64,000 nucleotides of DNA from Utricularia gibba (lineage: Eukaryota > Plantae > Magnoliophyta). The stretch is taken from NCBI GenBank assembly GCA_002189035.1, contig CM007990.1, positions 4,402,001 to 4,466,000 of the forward strand. The letters are read 5' to 3'. Below are positions 56,326-64,000 of this stretch, piece after piece. The first letter of the stretch is position 1; every line of letters starts with the position of its first letter. Under the pieces are notes generated by a model. The model saw nothing but the letters and a program-made list of their open reading frames with translations, ran no database searches and was not told the origin of the DNA. A program made the translations under genes and the position numbers.

Positions 56326-57576
56326 ATGCAATCACCTGATCAGTGTTCTCGGATCAATCTCGTGGAGTTGAAAGCTCATATGGTGAAGAAGTTGGGACTG
56401 GAAAGATCGAATCAGTACTTCTTTTACTTGCAGAAGTTTTTGGGTGCAAAGCTGAGCAAGGATGATTTCAATAAACTTTGCTTGACAATTCTAGGACGAG
56501 AAAATATCACTCTTCACAATTATTTTATTCGTTCGATACTGAGGAATGCCTGTAGTGCAAAGTTCCCATCACGAACATTAGAGGCAGATGTTGCATTAAA
56601 ACATGGTGGCAAGGAGATTCCAGCTGATGTTCACCATAAAAATGGGCTTCATGTAAGTGCTAATCAGGCTTTTGGTTCATCAGGTGTGTTAAATGGAGGT
56701 GATATCCTCCCAGTTTCACCCCAGAAGGCTGGAGCTGGTCGTCGGGATCGGAGAAATTGTGACCAACGCACTGCTATGGGGCCTAACGGAAACAGTAGCT
56801 TTGATTCTCATCTTATCAGCGTCCCTCAGTTCACTGATGGCGGCAGGTCTATGGAAAATGGAGATTTGACTGCGAAGAATGCCTCAATGTCAACGATACA
56901 TGGAAGCCGCATTATGCAAAAAGCTGATAGTGAAAACGGCAACCTGAGTAGTTCATACACATCAAAGCATTCTGTAGTAAGAACCCCAACTGATGATCCA
57001 GCTTCTATCCATTGTAGGCGTCAGCATGAGCTATCATTCAAAAATGTGAGTAAGCAGGGTTCTGCTAGAAGTCCACTTCGAGCTCCTCTTGGACTTCCAC
57101 TGTGTCCTTCCAGCACAGGAGCAGCCCGGAAAGCTCTCCCTCCTTCTGGAAGTTGTAGATTAACCAGCACCACTAGTGACGGTGCTTTGCTAGACAGCCT
57201 TGCGTTAAGGGAAAGAATGGAGCGTACTGCCCTGGAGCAGGGTCTTGATGGGGTGTCATTGGAATGTGCCGAAGCCTTGAACCTCGGATTGGATGTGTAT
57301 CTGAGAGGGTTAATTCGATCTTGTTGCAGCGTTGTGGGTAGAAAGCCAGTGAATGAGGCTAAATGTCAAGCGCAGCAGACCGATAGGAAGCTAATCAATG
57401 GAGTTAAACCTGACCATCAGTTACAGATTGCTGATAATAGCCAGCATTTGCGAAATGCAGTGTTACCGATCACCTTGCAGGATTTCAGAGTTGCCATGGA
57501 GCTGAGACCGTGCCAACTCGGTGAAGATTGGCCTCTGCTGCTTGAGAAAATATGTACACACTCATTTGAAGAATAA
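56326..57576 (+). CDS. TADA1: SAGA complex subunit Tad1/Ada1 (TADA1/HFI1-like), intronless CDS, 416 aa
   Basis: N-terminus RINLVELKAHMVKKLGLERSNQYF...LSKDDFNKLC...GRENITLHNYFIRSIL; histone-fold-like region RERMERTALEQGLDGVSLECAEALNLGLDVYLRGLI; C-terminus ITLQDFRVAMELRPCQLGEDWPLLLEKIC. Confidence 0.9.
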   Translation: MQSPDQCSRINLVELKAHMVKKLGLERSNQYFFYLQKFLGAKLSKDDFNKLCLTILGRENITLHNYFIRSILRNACSAKFPSRTLEADVALKHGGKEIPADVHHKNGLHVSANQAFGSSGVLNGGDILPVSPQKAGAGRRDRRNCDQRTAMGPNGNSSFDSHLISVPQFTDGGRSMENGDLTAKNASMSTIHGSRIMQKADSENGNLSSSYTSKHSVVRTPTDDPASIHCRRQHELSFKNVSKQGSARSPLRAPLGLPLCPSSTGAARKALPPSGSCRLTSTTSDGALLDSLALRERMERTALEQGLDGVSLECAEALNLGLDVYLRGLIRSCCSVVGRKPVNEAKCQAQQTDRKLINGVKPDHQLQIADNSQHLRNAVLPITLQDFRVAMELRPCQLGEDWPLLLEKICTHSFEE

Positions 57577-58318
57577 ACCGTGATCCGGCCATCCCTGATG
57601 GATGCATATCCCATTCCATGACCTCCAAATGAGTGCAGTTCCTCACAACTGCCCGCTTCCTGAATACCAGAACCAAAGCATGGATTGCACCTCCACTGAT
57701 CCTGCTGACAGCACACCTTAAATGGGAAGAATCATATTCCTGGAGAATCACAGGAGCGCAGGAATGTGGCTGTGGCTGTGGCTGTGACTGTTGTATGACT
57801 AGCATTTTCTCCTCTCCACTTCTAGATGTTCATTTCCTTTATGCTTCTCTCCTGTAATTTATAACCAGTGAAGGATTCTAGATCAGTTTTGTAGGATTTG
57901 GCTTAGTTTTAGTACCTCAGTACAAGGGGGGCATGATGTGTATGTATGGGCTTGTTCTGTAACAGGTTTTCCATCCAAATTTATACATCCCTCATTTGAA
58001 TGGCACAAAATCTCAATGCACTGTGTTTGGACAGGAGAAAGAAAAGCGGCTATTTTTGTTCTCTTGCTGTGACAAGGGAGCGGTTTTTTGGATGAACAAA
58101 ACTGAGGAAAAGGTAGCGGCATGCTTTACTTACAGACAGACTTCAAGACACTCGAAGTCACTACCATGTAACCTCAAACTCCACGAACAGACAAACAGCT
58201 CCGGGACACAACCATGAACAAAAGACACTCATGTCTTGTATAGATAATATCTACATAGGATCAGCAACAACCACAACTGCTGCAAATCCATGTCAGCTGC
58301 GAAGGAAATTGCTGACTT

Positions 58319-58987
58319 TTATTTACCGCAGGCGGCGGACTCCGGCGGTGGCTTGGCGGCGTCGGTCCAACCGAAGCTCTTCCAAAACCACTTGTTACTA
58401 CCACGCTTACCGGCACGAGTAATCTCGTCGCCCCTTACGAGGATTTCCCACATGATCTGGACATCCTCGTACCCGCAGGCTTGTATGTCTTGGTGAAGCT
58501 TTAGAAGCCCACTTCCTAACAAAATAAACATTCAGAATCAACAAGGTGATTTATATGCTTTTTTCTTTTCGCCTGAAAAATGAAGTCATTAAGCAAGGAG
58601 ATTATCAGGGGATAGAAGAAGAAGAAGAGACATGAAATTGCAGCGCTTTCGATGAATATCATATCCAAAATTCCCAAAGAAGTGACTGGTAGTTTACTGG
58701 GAAGACAAGGAAACGGAAAACAGGGGCTGTGTCACCCACTCAGGGATACAACGACTTTATTCTTCTGCACTAAACAGGCAGATAACCAGAGATTCGTATT
58801 CTGAGAAGAAACAGAGTGGATAAACCCACTGAATCCCAGAAACTCATATGATAATACGGAAACTAGCAAGGATTAGGAGATGAGAAGGGGTCAAGATTAA
58901 CTAACCATTTTTACGAGGCTTAAAGCGAGTTGAAACGGAGCACCAAGCTCTCTTAACAGGGAAAGCAAGCTTGCGCCACCACTCCAT
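58319..58987 (-). CDS. Uncharacterised 92-aa small protein, 2 exons
   Basis: Exon 1 (58987-58906) MEWWRKLAFPVKRAWCSVSTRFKPRKNG, GT-AG intron, exon 2 (58515-58319) SGLLKLHQDIQACGYEDVQIMWEIL... Resembles a conserved plant family (recalled GLLKLHDDVQTCGYEDVQVMWEML). Confidence 0.85.
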
Positions 58988-60489
58988 GGTGACCTTGTTC
59001 CTCCGGCGTCCTCCGCCGCCTAGACGACTCAGAACCACCCGGACTCCGGCCAGAGCTGGTCACCCCAATTCACAAAAAGGAAAAACCGCACTTATACATG
59101 GAAGCGAATCGAAAGATTGAGGCTTCAAAAGACAACCCAACACAACACAATCCAATCCAATCTTGTGAAAAAAACTGAATCTTTCTGCAACTCTTACCCA
59201 CAATATAAAGAGCATTAATCGGAACCGTCACAGACACTTGGGGAAGAATCACCAACACGTGTGGGATATTGGAGATTTTAATGAAATGGGGCTATCCCTT
59301 CTGACACGTTGTCCATGCGGAGCTCGTCAGATACCCGATTCAACAATTTAAACTCGAAAGAAAGACTAGATTTTTCTGGTGGGAATCGGGAGAGATTTAC
59401 AGTGAGCACATGAATTGGAATATTCGAGCAGTGATTGAGAATAGGCTCCTCTCAACAGTTGAACACCTAACTGTCACCGTCTTTCTTCTTCACCCCACAA
59501 ATTAAAACGGCAGAGAAAGAGAAAGAGCTTGGTGTCTTGTTGCAGTCACCCAGGACCTTTCTCACCAATGGAGTCATATATACAACTCCACCCACGAGTG
59601 TCCATCACTTGCAATACCAGAAACCTTTCCTTTTTTTTCCCTTTCTTATTTCCAAACTATTCACCATACACTGACTGATACTGAACCTTGAAGCGGTTTA
59701 CCAAAAATCTGAACTGAAACCCAGCTCTGGACTCTGGAGGGAGGCATCAAATCACCACGTGAGAGCAAATACCACCTTCATTATTACAGTTTCGTCGGTT
59801 AATCCATTGAATTGCTATTTTTTTAAAAAAAATTCCGATCAATGTGAATGGTGTGCTTGGAAAAATAGCGGTTGCAGTGCAACGTTGATGTCTCAACAAT
59901 CCATCCGTGGGGAGCTCCCGTTGTCCGCTTCTAACATGACGCATATTTGGTCCTCCACCGCATGTTAATATTAATATTCTTTTTATAAACAATATATATT
60001 ATATTTTATGATAAAAATCCATCTTATATAATTATTGATAAATAAAATATCAATTCGTATCCATTTAAATCATCAAATACATTGATATCTCATAAATTAT
60101 ACATTCTTTAGGTTATTATAATAATAAATATTCAATTTATTTGAACGTATGTACGTCATTATCAACTACTAATTATGGGGTTAATGACATAGGAAAATAA
60201 TTCAAGGTGCATATGGAAGCATTCGTTCCAGTGTCAAGATCGTTTCTGGACTTGGGAGGTGATGGTGGTTCGAATTCCCCATCACCATTTTTTCCTCATT
60301 TTTTTATTGTGTTTTCTTTTCTCCCACTTCAGCTACAAATCCACCGGCACGGCACATCTTCTGGAAAAAAGGCAACAACCGATGTGAGTTTTGTCGGCTT
60401 TGGAATTTTTTAATATTTAAATAACATTTTATTAATTATAAATTTGATGAGGGTAAAAAAATATCTATTAATGAAATGTATTATTTAAT

Positions 60490-61300
60490 GTACACATGAT
60501 AGTAAAAAAATAAGCACACATTTTTTGAATGGGTTTTATTAATTTCCTTGTTTGAAAATATATTATTATTAATATTCTGAAAAAAATAATTTTAATTCAA
60601 AAATATTACAATTTGATATCAACATTTTGATAATTTTCTATATAAGTTAAACATTTAAAGCACATGATAACCATTAACATTTTTTAAATAATATACTCAA
60701 TCAATCAATTCATCTGTACACATTTTCGAGAATTAATTCTTATAGAATAGAATCAATTTGTCTCTACAGCATTTTAAATGTAATAAGTCTTTTTAAAGCT
60801 TTATTCTTTTGATTAAAAATTTCTCGTATTAAGTAAAAACTATTTCAAACAGACAAATTTGTAATTGCAACATCTTAAAAGTAAAAAAAAAAGAAATGTT
60901 TCTAAATTCATATTATTTTTAAAAACCGATCGTATTTAATAATAAAATTATTTTTAAAAAGTAAAATGCATACCAAATTTGTAATTAATATACAAATTAT
61001 GATAAAAAGATAATCACATATTTTTAAATGAGTTTTATTACTTTCTTGTTCGAAAGATATTTTTTATTCTAACAATTTAATATCAACATTTTCATAATTT
61101 TCCATTTAATTTAAACAATTAAACACACGATAACTATTACTCATGTTTTAAATAACATTCTCAATCAATCAATTTATCTTTATAAATTTTCAAGAATTAA
61201 TCCTCCTAAAATGGACTGAATTTGTCTCTACAGTTTTTTAAACATGAGAAGTATTTTTAAATATTTTTTATTTTCAGATTAAAAAAATGATACGTAATCA
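60490..61300. repeat. Diverged direct duplication of an AT-rich unit (offset about 464-500 bp)
   Basis: Shared blocks in the same order: ATATCAACATTTT.ATAATTTT (about 60617/61080), CTCAATCAATCAATT (60696/61160), AATTTGTCTCTACAG (60755/61219). Confidence 0.8.
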
Positions 61301-62471
61301 CCGGCTTTAAAATATATTAAATTTAATCCCGGGCACGCACATTATTATTTATATGTGTGAGTGCTTGGAGGAGTGACGTGCACAATGTTGACGTGGGGAT
61401 TTAAATAACATAAGGAGCGCCATGTAGCAACGAGGCCTCCCATTAGTCTCCCAAACCTAAGTCATTAAGGGCCCCTACGCTCTGTTTACCTGTCGGCAGC
61501 CCGTAGGATAGCGTATTTTTAATCCACGCACCCAACCGACAATAAAATCATATATTAAATGTTAATGTGTCACGTTTATACCACGAAATCTTATCCATCT
61601 GCTCAAATGCTTAATTTTTTACCCCACAAAAAAATAAATAAATACTGAATGTCTCTGTTTTTTTTTTTTTTTATTGCGTAGTGTAATTAATGGAGGAGAG
61701 GGGACTGACGAACTACCACGTTTGAATGAGCCAAAAGGAGTGAAGGGACGCCCAAAGTCGACTTTATCAGCAGCGAATACGATTTGTCATCACCCGCAAA
61801 AGCGCCCCTAAACGTAGACTCCATTCTTTTAATAAATTGGGTTACATTAACCATAGAGTAAGTCACTACTATTGCAATAAACAGTTTTATATTTTGATTT
61901 GAAATTAAAATAATTAAATATATAAAAAATTACAAATCGTTATTAATTAGTTTCAATATTTTTTAATATAATTTATATTTTTTAATATAATTAAATTTCA
62001 AATGTAGTTGTTCTACTCATTTTTAATTTCAAGATAATATCAAAACTTTTGACTTGTAATCATGATCAAGATGAATTTCATATTGATTTGAATTTAAATA
62101 AAAAAAATAAGAAAATGTATTAGACTTACATGATAAAAATTCGATGTACTTATTATTTAAGTACCATCTATAATCACAAAAAAAAAATTTATTCGTAAGT
62201 ATTAGAATAAAAAAATTTATATGGAACTTAAAATTAAAATAATTAAATATAAAAAATTATAAATCAATACTAGTTGATTCAACCTTATGTTTTTTTAATG
62301 TAATTCATATTTTTACGTACTTGAACTTCACTTATTAATGCCATACCTCATCTTATCCTTCATTTCAATAATTACAAGTTAAAAAAAGGGCAAATCGTCA
62401 AAGTCTAAGGTGAAACAAAATCGTATTTTGGCAGCCTCGAGTGTCCACCTACACTTAACATACGATAAAGA

Positions 62472-62690
62472 GGCCCTAGCAGTTGAGTTAGCACCACCCA
62501 CTTCCTTGGAGTCAAGGGTTCGAGGCTAAACCCGGCCCGATCTCCAAGGAATCGGGATTTAGTGCCTGCATCCAGAATCTCGGACCGGGCCGGCCACCAT
62601 GGTCTTGGGCGGGTCCGGGGACATGAACTGGGCGGAGTGTCTCGGGTGGGCCGCCCCAATTCTCTCTTCCGGGGATTAGCCAACTATTCG
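62472..62690 (+). mobile_element. Probable tRNA-derived SINE
   Basis: GC-rich island in AT-rich DNA with an A-box-like TAGCAGTTGAGTTAGC (62477-62492), a B-box GGTTCGA (62517-62523) and a body ending GGGGATTAGCC. No clear TSD or A-tail. Confidence 0.5.
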
Positions 62691-63360
62691 GATTTATGTA
62701 ATAAAATTTAAGAATATAAAACTCTAATATAAATATTACCCCACCTGATATACTAATTAGTATTTTCTTTCGAATATTAAATTTAATTCTATAATATTTT
62801 TTATATAAATTAATTTATTAAATGACTATAATTTATTTTCCTTTTTTTTACAATAAGTAAAAGGGGGGCTGGAGGGCATTCACACATTTATCCTTATCTT
62901 TAAAACAAAGAATGATGCATGACATCATGACACCATCACCATGCCGTGCTTATCTTCCCCGGTTCCTTTAATTAATCACGCGACAGGTGGCGAAGCATGA
63001 TTGGACAGCGCGTTAGGTATGGATTTGTAGCATTGCGCCAACACACCCCACTACCCATTAAACAATGAGCCCTTGTTTGACTCTCAAGACTCATGCAAAA
63101 TGATTGTGAGGGAAAGAAAATCTCCCTCTACATTGAGATTCAAATTTTGAAATTATTTTTATTTCTAGAAAATTAGTCCATTTCTTTGGTGTTAAGGTGC
63201 AGCAGCTAAGCACGAGAGTTCGATAATTGGAGCAAGATTAGGTATCTTTTTAGTGCATAGTGGCTCAATTATGTGACATGGGGGGAAATGAGGCCTCCCG
63301 TTCTTGAATTTAATTTAAACCCATTATTGTTGCTATTTCATTATAGCATGTAAAATAATG

Positions 63361-63382
63361 CCCCCCCCCCCCCCCCCGCCCC
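63361..63382. repeat. Poly-C tract (C17-G-C4)
   Basis: Read directly from the sequence. Confidence 0.95.
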
Positions 63383-63899
63383 TTTTTTGCGGCATGTTTA
63401 GGTTTTGAGGTTGAAATATGAACAATTTTTTATAAATGGTTTTTTTTTTCAATTTCAAAATATTTTTTTTATTTTTGAAATTATTTTATCTAATTTATAA
63501 TTTATTTTTTCTTACTTTTTATTAATTTGATATTTTAAAAAATAAATTATATTTAATGAGTTTTTAATATATATATTTAAATCATTTTAAAAAGAAATCA
63601 AAATTCAACAATTTATGAATTTCAATGAGTATGAATTTATGAAGAAGAGGAGGTTTATGAATAAAGATTTAGTTCAAAATTCGAAGTTTAGATAAAAATT
63701 TAAAGATAATCATATAAGATTTATATAAAAAATTTTGATAGAAAATTTTATCGATATATATCACACAAATCCAATAAAATTTAAATCTTATTTTATATAA
63801 ATATCTTCTTTTCTCAATCATCTAGTATGATTTGAGTTCATAATAACGAGAATCATCAAATAATCGAATTGCATAAAACATTCATTGTTCGGAGTCCAA

Positions 63900-64000
63900 C
63901 TTGAGTGACAAAATCGAGCAATATTCTAAATTTCATTATGATGTAGATATATCATTGTAATAATTAGTTTTCGACGAGGAATTTCTAAGCACGAGTCGTC
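63900..64000 (+). pseudogene. Decayed 18S rRNA gene fragment running off the window edge
   Basis: AAATTTCATTATGATGTAGATATATCATTGTAATAATTAGTTTTCGACGAGGAATTTCTAAGCACGAGTCGTC aligns to recalled plant 18S AAATTTCATCGTGATGGGGATAGATCATTGCAATTGTTGGTCTTCAACGAGGAATTCCTAGTAAGCGCGAGTCATC. Confidence 0.65.

Noticed and set aside
59872-59892. miR397-like CAGTGCAACGTTGATG
   Set aside because: The 5' part does not match and there is no complementary star arm.
60258-60286. Hairpin GGTGATGG/CCATCACC with a B-box-like GGTTCGAATTCC loop
   Set aside because: No A box or cloverleaf; at most a SINE/tRNA remnant, too short to call.

Overview
Gene-dense eudicot plant nuclear DNA with AT-rich spacers and many 64-120 nt introns. 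The density is compatible with a compact asterid/Lamiales-type genome, but the species cannot be determined from the sequence alone. Seventeen protein-coding genes can be reconstructed: pectin methylesterase, TTC4/TPR co-chaperone, glyoxal oxidase, GH17-X8 glucanase-like protein, SAUR, TELO2, a 66-aa small protein, SCD2-like, PHS1, IPK2, ARF2, HDR1, a 103-aa membrane protein, a STE20/MAP4K kinase, STAR1/ABCI17, SAGA Tad1 and a 92-aa small protein. The window also holds a few MITE/SINE remnants, a diverged tandem duplication and a decayed 18S rDNA fragment at the right edge. Main observations: (1) the GPI-anchored GH17-X8 protein has lost both catalytic glutamates, so it is a likely pseudoenzyme/callose binder; (2) seven apparent 1-bp deletions break five conserved genes (three in ARF2), all in short homopolymer runs, which points to assembly error rather than biology; (3) two well-supported and one weaker minor-spliceosome (U12) introns plus a GC-AG intron; (4) an altered tasiR-ARF site in ARF2; (5) an unexplained GC-rich island with site II promoter motifs at about 960-1500 that may be an ncRNA. 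Ortholog comparisons are from memory of the families, not from database searches.
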